NCBI GenBank assembly: GCA_965228735.1
Contig: OZ245838.1
Span: forward strand, 736,001 to 800,000
Direction of reading: 5' to 3'
Source: Planctomycetota bacterium
GTDB taxonomy: Bacteria; Planctomycetota; UBA1135; UBA2386
Length of the DNA stretch: 64,000 nt
Shown here: in pieces, positions 54,426 through 64,000 of the stretch
Numbering within the stretch: position 1 is the stretch's first letter
Layout of the letters: each line of letters opens with the position of its first letter
Program-made: the position numbers and the translations under genes
Notes under the pieces: generated by a model
The model's database searches: none
What the model was told of the DNA's origin: nothing
The model's input: only the letters and a program-made list of their open reading frames with translations

Positions 54426-56452
54426 TGGCGTCCCCGAAGAGGAACTCCGCGATGCATCGTTCACCGCTCACCCGATCGTTCGCTGCGGTCTTCGCAGTCC
54501 TCGCGCTGCTGCTCGCCGGCTGCTCGCGCGCGCCCGCGAAGTTCGAGGGCGAGATGCAGCGTCAGGCGCCGTGGGATCCCGAGCTCGTCGCGACGATGGG
54601 AGCCCTGCCGGTGCAGGACAACGGCCGCATCAAGCCGCTGTCGACGTTCGCGTCGTTCCTGCTCTATGCAGTGCACGGTCGGCGCGACATGAAGTTCATG
54701 ATCGGGGAGGAGCGCTACAAGCTCGACCCGATGGAGTGGATCCTGGACGTCTGGTGCTACCCGGACCAGGCGGCGGACTACCCGCTGTTCCGCATCGAGA
54801 ACGTCGGTGTGCTCGACGCACTGCGGATCGAGAACGAGGGGCAGACGCAGGGCTTCGTCTATCTGACCTACCGCGAGTTGCTGAAGAACAGCGAGGAGCT
54901 CGGTCGGCTCGCACGACAGTACTCGGAGCTCGACCGGGCGACACGCAATGCGGTGCAGGAGCACCTCGTGCAGTCCTGGCGGCAGCTCAATGCGTATCAC
55001 GTCGCGCATCAGCAGCTCGGGGTGTTGCACCACGACTTCCTCGTCGAGGGGCAGCAGCTGCAGCAGGCGTTCGGCGGTGGGCGGGTGCGGCTCGGGTCGA
55101 TCGTCGCGAACGCCAAGCAGTTTCGCGAGCTCGTGCGCAGCGTCGGTGGGCAGAACATCGAGAACGATGAGCGCCTCGGCAACGCCGTGGAGATCATGGA
55201 CACGCTCGGGCGGCTCGTCGATCAAGGCGGTGGTGGCCCGGGTCTGCTGCCGCCGCTCGACGCGGGCGCGGAGCAGTGGCTCGACTTCGGGCCGGCGGTC
55301 GATCGCGCGTTGCGCGGCCAGATCGACGACCGCCACGTGCAGATGTTCACCGCGCTGCAGTCGGCGGTCGCGGCGGCGCCGAGCGATCCGGCGGCTCGGG
55401 ATGCGGGCCTGCGCGGCTTCTTCGCGGCGTCCACGGCGGTTGCGGGGGCGCGCGCGGACAGCGCCGCGCTCGAGACCGAGGCCAAGTATTACCGGAGCCA
55501 ATACCATTACCTGGCGCTCCACTTCTTCATCACGGCGTTCCTCGTGGCCGCGATCTCGTGGTTCGTGCCGCGCGCGAAGTGGGTCTGGTGGCTGTCCTTC
55601 GGGCTGTCGGTGATCGGCCTGTCGCTGCTGACCTACGACATCTACCTGCGCTGCATCATCACGGGGCGGCCGCCGATCAAGAACCTCTACGACACGTTCT
55701 TGTTCATCGCCGCGGTCGTGGTCGCCGTGACCCTCGCGGTCGAGTGCATCGTGCGCTACCGCATCGCGCTCGCGCTGGCGCCGCTCGGCGGCGCGCTGTT
55801 GATCATGCTGGCACGCATGTTCGAGGTGAACGACGGCAAGGACACGATGGATCCGCTCGTGGCCGTGCTCGACAGCAACTACTGGCTCGCGACCCATGTC
55901 ACGATGATCAACGTCGGCTACGGCACGGCGCTCGTCGGCGGCGTGCTGCTGAGCACGGCCTACATCGTGGTCCAGTTCTTGCGCCTGAAGGACCAGACCG
56001 CGACCAAGCTCGTCGCGCGGTTCATCTACGGCGTCACGTGCTTCAGCCTGCTGTTCACGGTCGTCGGCACGATCTACGGCGGCGTCTGGGCCAACGACTC
56101 GTGGGGGCGCTTCTGGGGCTGGGATCCGAAGGAGAACGGCGCCCTGATGATCTGCCTGTCGCAGATCGCGATGCTGCACGCCCGCTTCAGCGGCATGATC
56201 CGCGACTTCGGAGTCGCGATGTGGGCGCTCGTCACGTCGGGCATCGTGGTGTTCAGCTGGATGCACACCAACCTCCTCGGCGTCGGCCTGCACAACTACG
56301 GCTTCTCGTCGGCCCTGCTCGACGGCGTCTGGTACAGCTACTCGACGATCGGCCTCCTCATGGTCGTCGGCACCGTGCACTACGTCATCCGCCAGGGCTG
56401 GCAGACGGGCAGCCAGAAAGACGCCCCGCCGCCGCTGCCCGAGAGCGCGTAG
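54425..56452 (+). CDS. ccsA: System II cytochrome c biogenesis protein CcsA with large N-terminal soluble domain
   Basis: GRIKP, LDSNYWLATHV, WANDSWGRFWGWDPKE (WWD motif), GLHNYG. Confidence 0.92.
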   Translation: MASPKRNSAMHRSPLTRSFAAVFAVLALLLAGCSRAPAKFEGEMQRQAPWDPELVATMGALPVQDNGRIKPLSTFASFLLYAVHGRRDMKFMIGEERYKLDPMEWILDVWCYPDQAADYPLFRIENVGVLDALRIENEGQTQGFVYLTYRELLKNSEELGRLARQYSELDRATRNAVQEHLVQSWRQLNAYHVAHQQLGVLHHDFLVEGQQLQQAFGGGRVRLGSIVANAKQFRELVRSVGGQNIENDERLGNAVEIMDTLGRLVDQGGGGPGLLPPLDAGAEQWLDFGPAVDRALRGQIDDRHVQMFTALQSAVAAAPSDPAARDAGLRGFFAASTAVAGARADSAALETEAKYYRSQYHYLALHFFITAFLVAAISWFVPRAKWVWWLSFGLSVIGLSLLTYDIYLRCIITGRPPIKNLYDTFLFIAAVVVAVTLAVECIVRYRIALALAPLGGALLIMLARMFEVNDGKDTMDPLVAVLDSNYWLATHVTMINVGYGTALVGGVLLSTAYIVVQFLRLKDQTATKLVARFIYGVTCFSLLFTVVGTIYGGVWANDSWGRFWGWDPKENGALMICLSQIAMLHARFSGMIRDFGVAMWALVTSGIVVFSWMHTNLLGVGLHNYGFSSALLDGVWYSYSTIGLLMVVGTVHYVIRQGWQTGSQKDAPPPLPESA

Positions 56453-56469
56453 AACATACGGGGGCACCC

Positions 56470-56531
56470 CCCGTACGGTACCTGGTTCATCCTGCCGGCT
56501 AGCCGGCAGAATGAACCAGGTACCGTACGGG
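56470..56531. repeat. 62-bp family B palindrome between convergent genes
   Basis: CCCGTACGGTACCTGGTTCATCCTGCCGGCT and its reverse complement with one mismatch, no loop. Confidence 0.9.
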
Positions 56532-56533
56532 TC

Positions 56534-58048
56534 TCATGGCAGAGCGAAGTCGCTGCCGTCCGGGTGTCGCGGCACCTGCGCGCCGCACATGAGCAGGTGG
56601 TTGCGCAGCAGCTCACGCAGCCGCGCCGTGACATCCGACCGTGCGAACGCGAGGTTCTCGGTCTCGCCGATGTCGTGCTCGACGTCGTACAGCTCGACCC
56701 GACCGCCGTCGTAGAACCACAGCAGCTTGTAGTCCCCCCAGCGCACGCCGGAATACGGCTCGGCACCGGGCGCCATAGCACCCCAGTAGTGCGGATGGTG
56801 CCAGAAGATCGGGTGCTGCGGCTGGTCGCTGCCGAGCAGCGTCGGCGCGAAGCTGCTGCCGTCGGGGCACGCCGGGTCGGCGGCCACGAGCTCGCACAGG
56901 GTGGGAAACACGTCGTCGACGAGCACCTGGTGCGAGCTCGTCGCGCCGGCGGCGACGCGGCCGGGCCAGCGCACGGCGAGCGGCACGCGCACGCCGCCCT
57001 CGTAGGCCGACCCCTTGCCGCTCCGTAGCGGCGTGTTGTGGTGATGCTTCTCGCCGCCGCGCGCGACCGCGCTGAGGCCGCCGTTGTCGCTGAGGAACAT
57101 CACGATGGTGTCGTCCGCGAGGCCGCGTTCGTCGAGCCAGTCCATGACCCGGCCGAGCGAGTGGTCGATGCCCTCGACGAGCGCGGCGTAGCGCGCCTCC
57201 GGCTCCGGCAGGCCCTCGTCACGGTATTTCTGCACGAAGCGATCGTCGGGATCGAGCGGCGTGTGCACCGCGTAATGGGTGAGATACAGGAAGAACGGCT
57301 GCTCGTTCGCGAGACTCGCCTCGCACGCCGCGATCGACTCCGTCGTGAGGATGTCGGTGAGGAAGAGGTCCTGGCCGTGATACTCGTCGAGCCCGCGCAC
57401 CTGCCACACGGTCTGCTTGCCGCCGCGCAGGAACGCGTTCTTCGCGAGGTAGCTCGACGGCGCGCCGTTGGCGTAGCCCGCGATGTTGACGTCGAAGCCG
57501 AGGTTGCGCGGGTCGGCGCCCGGCGTGTCGACGGCGCCGAGGTGGGCCTTGCCCGCGAGGATCGTGCGGTAGCCGGCGTTCCGCAGTCGTCCGGGCAGGG
57601 TCGGCGCGAGCAGCGCGTTGGGCGTGCTCAGCGAGTTCGTCAGCCCGTTCATGTGCCACTTCGGGCGCTGCATGCCAGCGACCTGCCGATCCGTCTGCTG
57701 GTTCTTCCGCAGCGTCCAGTGCGTCACGCGATGACGGGCCGCCGCCATGCCGGTCATCAGGCTGATGCGCGTGGGGGAGCACACGCAGTGGGCGTAGGCC
57801 GCGTCGAACTTGGTGCCCTCGCGGCACAGGCGTTCGACGTTGGGCGTGCGGTAACGGTCGTTCCACGGCGTGCGCTCGCGCCAGAACGGTTCGCTGAGGT
57901 CCTGCCAGCCGAGGTCGTCGACGAGGAAGAGGACGATGTTGGGGTGCTTGGAGGCCGCGCTCCCGCCGAGCGAAGCGCAGCCGGCAACGGCGACCCCGGC
58001 GAGCGCGAGCAGCGCGGTGGCGAGCCCGCGCCGGAACGTGCGCCTCAT
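56534..58048 (-). CDS. Sulfatase, Cys-type, lipoprotein
   Basis: VAGC lipobox; PNIVLFLVDDLG, CSPTR (CxPxR), GKAHLG, SDNGG, YEGGVRVP. Confidence 0.93.
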   Translation of the reverse strand: MRRTFRRGLATALLALAGVAVAGCASLGGSAASKHPNIVLFLVDDLGWQDLSEPFWRERTPWNDRYRTPNVERLCREGTKFDAAYAHCVCSPTRISLMTGMAAARHRVTHWTLRKNQQTDRQVAGMQRPKWHMNGLTNSLSTPNALLAPTLPGRLRNAGYRTILAGKAHLGAVDTPGADPRNLGFDVNIAGYANGAPSSYLAKNAFLRGGKQTVWQVRGLDEYHGQDLFLTDILTTESIAACEASLANEQPFFLYLTHYAVHTPLDPDDRFVQKYRDEGLPEPEARYAALVEGIDHSLGRVMDWLDERGLADDTIVMFLSDNGGLSAVARGGEKHHHNTPLRSGKGSAYEGGVRVPLAVRWPGRVAAGATSSHQVLVDDVFPTLCELVAADPACPDGSSFAPTLLGSDQPQHPIFWHHPHYWGAMAPGAEPYSGVRWGDYKLLWFYDGGRVELYDVEHDIGETENLAFARSDVTARLRELLRNHLLMCGAQVPRHPDGSDFALP

Positions 58049-58887
58049 ACGTCGGCCCCGACCGCGCGCAGCGTGTTGCGCAGGAGCATCGCGACGGTGA
58101 CCGGCCCGACGCCTCCGGGAACGGGCGTGATGTAGCCCGCGACCGCGGCCGCGCTGGCGTAGTGGACGTCGCCGACGATCTTGCCGTCGTCGCCCTGATT
58201 GATGCCGACGTCGATGACGATCGAGCCCTCCTTCAGCATGTCCCCGTGCACGAGCCCGGCCTTGCCGACCGCGACGACGACGATGTCGGCGCGCCGCGTG
58301 TGGTTCGCGAGATTGCGCGTGCCGACGTGGCAGACGGTCACGGTCGACAGATGATGCAGCAGCAGCACGGCGATCGGCTTGCCGACGATCTCGCTGTGGC
58401 CGACGACGACGGTCTCGGCGCCGCGCAGGTCGACGCCGGTGCTGAGGATCAGCTGCTGCGCGGCCGCGGCCGTGCACGGCGGGAACGTCGGTTCGCGGTA
58501 GAGGATCGAGCCGAGGTTCTCCGGGTGCATGCCCTCGACGTCCTTGCCGGGCGCGATCGCCGACTGCACGACGCGCGGGTCGATGCCGGGCGGCAACGGG
58601 CGCTGCACGATCACGCCGGCGACCTCGGCGTCGGCGTTGCGCTCCGCGATCGCCGCGAGCAGCTCCGATTCATCGGCCGAGACCGGCAGCTGGACGTGCT
58701 CCATCGCGATTCCGACGTCCTCGGCCGCCCGCTGCTGATTGCGCACGTAGACCGCCGCCGCGGGGTTCTGCCCGACCTCGATCGAGACCAGGCGAACGGG
58801 CTGGGAGCCGAGGGCCTCGCGGGCCTGTCGGAGGCGTTCGCGGATGGACTTGCCGAGGGCTCGGCCGTCGAGAACTTGTGCGGTCAC
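58045..58887 (-). CDS. folD: Methylenetetrahydrofolate dehydrogenase/cyclohydrolase family protein with variant active site
   Basis: LDGR, VQRPLP, KDVEG, PCT, GHSEIVGKP, DVGIN, TPVPGGVGP. Confidence 0.92.
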   Translation of the reverse strand: MTAQVLDGRALGKSIRERLRQAREALGSQPVRLVSIEVGQNPAAAVYVRNQQRAAEDVGIAMEHVQLPVSADESELLAAIAERNADAEVAGVIVQRPLPPGIDPRVVQSAIAPGKDVEGMHPENLGSILYREPTFPPCTAAAAQQLILSTGVDLRGAETVVVGHSEIVGKPIAVLLLHHLSTVTVCHVGTRNLANHTRRADIVVVAVGKAGLVHGDMLKEGSIVIDVGINQGDDGKIVGDVHYASAAAVAGYITPVPGGVGPVTVAMLLRNTLRAVGADV

Positions 58888-58974
58888 GGGCTTCCTTTCG
58901 CGGCGCGGATGGCTTTTCTTGAGAGGCGGAATGGCCGAAAGATAGCCAGCGGGCGTCCGCGGCCCAACGACGAC

Positions 58975-59817
58975 ATGAGCTACCAAGAAGAGCGCCTCGC
59001 GTTCCCGCCGCTCACGCCGGCGATCAAGCATCTGTTGATCGCCAACGCCGTGGTGTTCGTGCTCAACGCGGTCGTCGCCGGGCGGTTGATCGATTGGCTC
59101 GGTTTCTCCGGCGCCGGGCTGGCCGACGGCTTCGGCCTCGGCGTGCTGCGCATCGTGAGCTATCAGTTCACGCACGCGTTCTACGACGCGTGGCACTTCC
59201 TGTTCAACATGCTGTTCCTCTACGTCTTCGGCACGATGGCCGAAGCGAGGCTCGGCTACCGCGGGACGATGAAGGTCTACTTCATCGCGGGCTTCGCCGG
59301 CGCGATCCTGCACCTCGTGCTGGCGGCGATCCTGGATGGCTGGCAGACCACGCTCGTCGGCGCGAGCGGCGCGTGCTACGGGCTCATGGTCTACGCGGCG
59401 ACGCATCGCCCGAAACAGCAGATCATCTTCCTCATCGTGACGATCCCGATCTGGATCCTGGCGGCGGTGCTCGTGTTCCTGGGGTTCTACTCGACCTACG
59501 TGGAGCTCGTGTCGGACATGCGCGACAGCACCTCCCACGCCGCGCACCTCGGCGGCGCGATCGCGGGCTTCGTGATCTGCAAGCAGGGCTGGTTCATCGA
59601 CTACGGCGGCTATTCCGAGGGGCCGGGGTTCGTGGCCCGGCTCAAGGCGCGGATGCGCGAGCGGCAGGAGAGCGCCCGGGCCCAGAAGAGCCAGGCCGAG
59701 GAGGAACTCCTCGACCAGATCCTCGAGAAGGTCAAGGAGCACGGCATCGGCTCCCTCACGCCGCAGGAACGCAAGTTCCTCGAGAAGAAGAGCGAGCAGA
59801 CCCGCCGGGGCGGGTAG
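58975..59817 (+). CDS. Rhomboid family protease with C-terminal soluble helical domain
   Basis: HFLFNM, GASG, AHLGG; tail LDQILEKV...SLT..ERKFL. Confidence 0.9.
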   Translation: MSYQEERLAFPPLTPAIKHLLIANAVVFVLNAVVAGRLIDWLGFSGAGLADGFGLGVLRIVSYQFTHAFYDAWHFLFNMLFLYVFGTMAEARLGYRGTMKVYFIAGFAGAILHLVLAAILDGWQTTLVGASGACYGLMVYAATHRPKQQIIFLIVTIPIWILAAVLVFLGFYSTYVELVSDMRDSTSHAAHLGGAIAGFVICKQGWFIDYGGYSEGPGFVARLKARMRERQESARAQKSQAEEELLDQILEKVKEHGIGSLTPQERKFLEKKSEQTRRGG

Positions 59818-59887
59818 CCGGCCGCAGCGAGCGCTGCCGGGGCGGCCGCGGCGTGCACGGGGCGACCCTGGCCGCTAGCATGGGCAT

Positions 59888-62029
59888 GTGATGTCCGGAA
59901 CCCACCCCTCGCCGCGGACCGCGCTCGCGGTCCTGCTCAGTCTGTTCTTCGCCACACTGCTCTTCGCCCCTGGTCTCGCCGCCCAGGCGATCAGCAAGGA
60001 CGACTTCCGTAGCGAGTTCTCGCAGGGCCTGCGCCTCGACGACAAGAAGTTGATGGACAAGGTCATGAAGAAGCAGGGCGCGCCCGCCCACGCGATGCTC
60101 TACCTCGAGGAGCTCTGCATCGAGCAACGCGGCGGTCAGGTCGACAACTCCGAGAAGCGCAACGCCCTGCTCGAGTCGTGGGGGCGCTGCTTCGAAGGCA
60201 ACGGCGCGCTGCTCAAGATGCAACGCTGGGTCGACAGTATGGGGCAGGACCAGCTCGACGCCCTGCAGCGCGGTCGCACCGAGTCGGCCAAGCTCTGGCG
60301 GCTCTACGAGAACATGGCCGAGCCGAATCGTGAGGAGCTGATGCAGATCGCGTCACAGTTCGGTCAGCTCGGCCGCAACGCCAAGGCGATGGGGCATCAG
60401 TCGGAAGCGGCGGAGTGCTACAGCCTGGGGGCCACCGTCGCCGGCAAGGTCAAGCGCAACGAGCGGACGCTGGACACCCGCCGCGAGGTCCTGCGGCTCT
60501 GCGAGGAGTTCATGTACGCGCGTGACGCGTGGGACTTCAAGTTCGACACCGTCTACCTGCAGATCCAGGCGTTCGTGAAGGACGAGAAGGTGCGGATCGA
60601 GGAGGACGAGAAGGAAGCCGACAAGCGCCGCGACGAGGGCTACGACGACGACATCAAGGGCATCGAGGCGCTCGTGATGCCGAACGTCCCGGCCAAGCAG
60701 GTGCCGTTCAAGTACGCCGCGCTCAAGGCGTGGGACAAGGAGATCGGCTACGGCCCGAAGAGCGGCATGTACCCGATGCTGTGGTGGAACGTCGTCTGTG
60801 AGGGCGTCGGCACGTCGAGCAAGATGGTGTGGTTCCAGGCCGCGGACATCCACTTCGGCCGCACGGGCGGCAACAAGTTCGTGATCGCGCTCAACCCGGA
60901 CGAGCTGGAGAAGGGCGACGAGCTCGAGGTGTCGAGCCGGCCCAAGCCGAGCACGTTCTACATCGATGCCGCGAAGGAGGTGCCCTACACGATGTTCTTC
61001 TGGATGGGCTCCGACCGGGAGCGGGTCGGCATCGCGGAGTGCAACGTCGCGCCGCGCGTCGATTACGCCAACGCCTACTACAAGAGCGGGGCGAGCTGGA
61101 CCGGGTCGATCGGTAAGGACGCGCTCACGTTCTACGACGACAACTGCAACGGCCGGCCGGGCGAGAGCGATCCGTTCGCGGACGCCCTCAAGATCAACAC
61201 GCTCGGCGAATGGGACAATGACGGCACCGTCGTGCCCAACCTCGACTCGATGCGGATCGGGAAGGGCCCGCGCGTGCCGGCGACGCAGTTCGTCAAGCTC
61301 ACGGACGGCTGGCACCTCGTCGAGGCCAAGGCGGCGCACCTCGAACACCGCCCGCTCAACCCCGAGTATTTCAAGACCGGCAAGGTCAAGCTGGCCTGGA
61401 AGGGCGGCAAGAAGTCGGCGCCGTCGCAGGTCGTGATCCAGGGTCAGGGTGCGTTCAAGACCGCGATCTTCGACATCGCCGACGGCAAGGAGCTCGAGGT
61501 GCCGGCGGGCAAGTACACCGTGATCTTCGGCCGCATCGTCAAGGGCAAGGGCTCGCGCGTGCAGAACGCGACGATGTACCCCGGCGAGACCCACGAGGGC
61601 TTCGTCGTCGAGGCCGACAAGACGACGACGGTCGAGATGGGGGCGCCGTTCCAGATCACCTACACCCGCCGCGGTGACCAGAACGCCTCCATCGACGCGC
61701 TCAAGATCTTCGTGCAGGAGAAGTCGGGCTGCATCTTCACCGAGCTGCACGGCATGGGGCTCGAACCCGAGGTCGTCTGGGCCAAGGAGGCCGGCGGCAA
61801 GGGCAAGGTCATCGCGGAGTTCAAGCAGCTCGCCAATGGTGACCTCGTCAACGAGGCCAGCAAGGCGCACAGCAAGCTCAGCATCCTGACCGCGCTGTTC
61901 CCCAAGCCCGAGGGCTACAAAGAGGGTCCGCTCCGTCTCGACGTCAAACTGCCGGAAGAAGGCCTCGTCCTCGGCCTGCAGCAGAAGAAGCACAGCGTCT
62001 TCGGCAAGCTCGAGCCCGTCTGGAAGTAG
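59888..62029 (+). CDS. Secreted hypothetical protein, 713 aa
   Basis: Signal peptide (LAAQA); helical N-half and beta-rich C-half; strong coding codon bias. Confidence 0.75.
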   Translation: MMSGTHPSPRTALAVLLSLFFATLLFAPGLAAQAISKDDFRSEFSQGLRLDDKKLMDKVMKKQGAPAHAMLYLEELCIEQRGGQVDNSEKRNALLESWGRCFEGNGALLKMQRWVDSMGQDQLDALQRGRTESAKLWRLYENMAEPNREELMQIASQFGQLGRNAKAMGHQSEAAECYSLGATVAGKVKRNERTLDTRREVLRLCEEFMYARDAWDFKFDTVYLQIQAFVKDEKVRIEEDEKEADKRRDEGYDDDIKGIEALVMPNVPAKQVPFKYAALKAWDKEIGYGPKSGMYPMLWWNVVCEGVGTSSKMVWFQAADIHFGRTGGNKFVIALNPDELEKGDELEVSSRPKPSTFYIDAAKEVPYTMFFWMGSDRERVGIAECNVAPRVDYANAYYKSGASWTGSIGKDALTFYDDNCNGRPGESDPFADALKINTLGEWDNDGTVVPNLDSMRIGKGPRVPATQFVKLTDGWHLVEAKAAHLEHRPLNPEYFKTGKVKLAWKGGKKSAPSQVVIQGQGAFKTAIFDIADGKELEVPAGKYTVIFGRIVKGKGSRVQNATMYPGETHEGFVVEADKTTTVEMGAPFQITYTRRGDQNASIDALKIFVQEKSGCIFTELHGMGLEPEVVWAKEAGGKGKVIAEFKQLANGDLVNEASKAHSKLSILTALFPKPEGYKEGPLRLDVKLPEEGLVLGLQQKKHSVFGKLEPVWK

Positions 62030-62078
62030 GTCCGTACGGGGTGAATCCGGCGGGGTGGGCGCTAGGATCGCGCGCCAC

Positions 62079-63371
62079 ATGCTCGACATCCGCACCCTGC
62101 GAGAGGATCCCGACGCCGCGCGCGCGGGGGCCATCAAGAAGCACCTTCCCGACCGCGCGGAGGCGGTCGATCGCGCGCTCGCGATCGACGCCGAGCTGCG
62201 CGGGCTCGTGCCAAGGCTCGACGGGATGCGCAGCGAGCAGAAGGCGGCCGGCAAGCAACTCGGCAAGCTCTCGCCCGACGAGCGCGAGGCGTTCCTCGCG
62301 AAACAGAAGGAGAAGAAGGTCGAGCTGCACGCGCTCGAGGAGCAGGAGAAGAAGCTCAAGCACGAGCTCGAAGCCCAGCTCATGCTCGTGCCCAACATCC
62401 CGGACGACGAGGTTCCCGACGGCAAGGACGACACGCTCAACGTCGAACTACGCAAGTGGGGGGAGCCGACGACGTTCGACGGCTTCGAGCCGCGCGCGCA
62501 CTACGACATCGGTGAGGGCCAGGGCTGGCTCGACTTCACGCGCGCGGCCGAGATGGCCGGCTCGCGCAACTACATGCTCTTCGGCGATCTCGCGCTGCTG
62601 CACGACGCGGTGTTGCGCTTCGCGATGGAGTTGATGGTGGCGCGCGGGTTCACCCCGATCGATCCGCCGCTGCTCGTGCGGGACGCGGCGATGCTCGGCA
62701 CCGGCTTCTTCCCCGGCGGCGAAGAGCAGACCTACCGGTGCGAGAAGGACGGGCTCAACCTCATCGGCACGAGCGAGGTGCCGGTCACGTCGCTGCACGC
62801 GGGCGAGATGCTCAAGGAGGACGAGCTGCCGAAGAAGTACGTCGCGCGGTCGGCCTGCTTCCGCCGCGAGGCCGGCACCTACGGCAAGGACACGCGCGGG
62901 CTCTACCGCGTGCACCAGTTCCAGAAGGTCGAGCAGGTCATCGTCGACGTCGCCGACCGCGACCGTTCGATCGAGCACCACCACGCGATCGTGCAGAACG
63001 CCGAGGACCTGCTGCAGGCGCTCGAGCTGCCGTACCGCGTCGTCGCGGTCTGCGGCGGCGATCTCGGCGTGCCGCAGGCGATGAAGTACGACATCGAAAC
63101 CTGGATGCCGTCGCGCGAGCACTACGGCGAGACCCACAGCGCGTCACGCTTCTACGACTACCAGGCCCGCCGCCTCGACCTGCGCTACCGGCCGAAGGCG
63201 AGCAAGAAGCCGCTGTTCTGCCACACGCTGAACAACACGGTGATCGCGAGCCCGCGCGTGCTCATCCCGCTGATCGAGTGCCACCAGCAGCAGGACGGGA
63301 CGGTCAAGTTGCCGCCCGCGCTCGTGCCGCTGATGGGCGGGCGCGAGATCATCGGCCGGCCGCTCGACTGA
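62079..63371 (+). CDS. serS: Serine--tRNA ligase
   Basis: MLDIR, LIGTSE, FRREAG..GKDTRGLYRVHQF.KVE, KYDIETW, HTLN. Confidence 0.97.
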   Translation: MLDIRTLREDPDAARAGAIKKHLPDRAEAVDRALAIDAELRGLVPRLDGMRSEQKAAGKQLGKLSPDEREAFLAKQKEKKVELHALEEQEKKLKHELEAQLMLVPNIPDDEVPDGKDDTLNVELRKWGEPTTFDGFEPRAHYDIGEGQGWLDFTRAAEMAGSRNYMLFGDLALLHDAVLRFAMELMVARGFTPIDPPLLVRDAAMLGTGFFPGGEEQTYRCEKDGLNLIGTSEVPVTSLHAGEMLKEDELPKKYVARSACFRREAGTYGKDTRGLYRVHQFQKVEQVIVDVADRDRSIEHHHAIVQNAEDLLQALELPYRVVAVCGGDLGVPQAMKYDIETWMPSREHYGETHSASRFYDYQARRLDLRYRPKASKKPLFCHTLNNTVIASPRVLIPLIECHQQQDGTVKLPPALVPLMGGREIIGRPLD

Positions 63372-63375
63372 CGGC

Positions 63376-63403
63376 CCCGATGCGAGGGGCCCGATGCGAG
63401 GGG
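63376..63403. repeat. 14-bp tandem duplication
   Basis: CCCGATGCGAGGGG x2 between convergent stops. Confidence 0.7.
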
Positions 63404-63415
63404 CCCGCGCCGGGT

Positions 63416-64000
63416 TCAGCGGCCGCCGAGGCCGCCGAAACCGCCGAATCCACCGAAGCCGCCGGCGCCGCCGGCGCCCCCGAGGATCTGGTTGATGTTG
63501 AAGCCCGGCGGCAGGTTCGTCGTCGTCGACGGCCGGTTGCCGCCGCCCGGGAAGCCGCCGCGACCAGCGCCGCGGCCGCCGTCGCCGCCGGCCCGGATGC
63601 CGTCGCCGCCAGGACCGCCGCGCTGCGTCGTCGCGCGACCCTGCGTGATCTCGATGTTGCCCTGACCGCCGGGACCGCCCGGTCCGCCGGGGCCACCGCC
63701 GCCACCGAGGCCCGGGGCGCCGCCGGGTTGCTCGCCGGCCATGCCCGTCGGGGCGCCCGGCGGGAGCACCGGCACCATCGCCTGGCCGCCGCGCAGGATC
63801 CTCGCCTGGTCGGGGTCGAACACGAAGTGGCGAATGTAGGTCTTCTCGGCCGATTCGAAGTCATCGATCTCGGCGTCGTTCACGACGTTGCGGCTGCCGC
63901 GGCGGCGCTCGATCGTGAACTCGACGCGGATGCGCCGCGGCAGCAGGTCGTTCTTGCTGCTGTCCCATTCGAGCTGCTCCTCGGCCTCGTAGCCGAGCTC
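63416..64000 (-). CDS. C-terminal part of a probable type II secretion pseudopilin GspJ-like protein with Gly-rich tail
   Basis: Frame open to window end; EWDS...LPRRIRVEF resembles the GspJ C-terminal motif. Confidence 0.55.
   Translation of the reverse strand, partial: ELGYEAEEQLEWDSSKNDLLPRRIRVEFTIERRRGSRNVVNDAEIDDFESAEKTYIRHFVFDPDQARILRGGQAMVPVLPPGAPTGMAGEQPGGAPGLGGGGGPGGPGGPGGQGNIEITQGRATTQRGGPGGDGIRAGGDGGRGAGRGGFPGGGNRPSTTTNLPPGFNINQILGGAGGAGGFGGFGGFGGLGGR

Noticed and set aside
13155..56531. CRISPR array interpretation of the palindromic repeats
   Set aside because: Copies are dispersed and inverted rather than regularly spaced direct repeats; no cas genes
62031..62046. Third family B copy (CCGTACGGGG)
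   Set aside because: Only a 9-10 bp half-site, with no partner arm

Overview
High-GC bacterial chromosomal segment, most likely from a Planctomycetota genome. That assignment is an inference from kinase-linked ECF sigma factors, a lipoprotein sulfatase, HEAT proteins ending in a WxxW motif, and PVC-type system II cytochrome c maturation genes. Most of the window is housekeeping: folP, purD, purQ, purL, panB, pcnB, metK, pyk, rplM-rpsI, yebC, sucCD, tatA, polyprenyl synthase, ccsBA, folD, serS. No rRNA, tRNA, CRISPR array or transposase was recognised. Highlights: (1) A minus-strand module at 41.3-47.6 kb: ECF43-type sigma, Ser/Thr kinase-FGE, an orphan gene, and an 813-aa fusion of a YkuD-like domain, a peptidoglycan-binding domain, a metacaspase and a tail of three acidic-spacer/Lys/amphipathic-cationic peptide cassettes. 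The same bipartite motif TGGCGGA-N14-GTCGTTG lies upstream of both the sigma gene and the fusion gene. (2) A volactin-like actin preceded by a coiled-coil partner gene. (3) A chromosomal folP with the Sul-type DPGMGFFLG motif. (4) A second signalling cluster of FHA protein, kinase, ECF sigma, Zn anti-sigma and coiled-coil protein. (5) Two families of REP/MITE-like palindromes that often supply stop codons. All product calls come from motif recognition by eye; no database searches were run.
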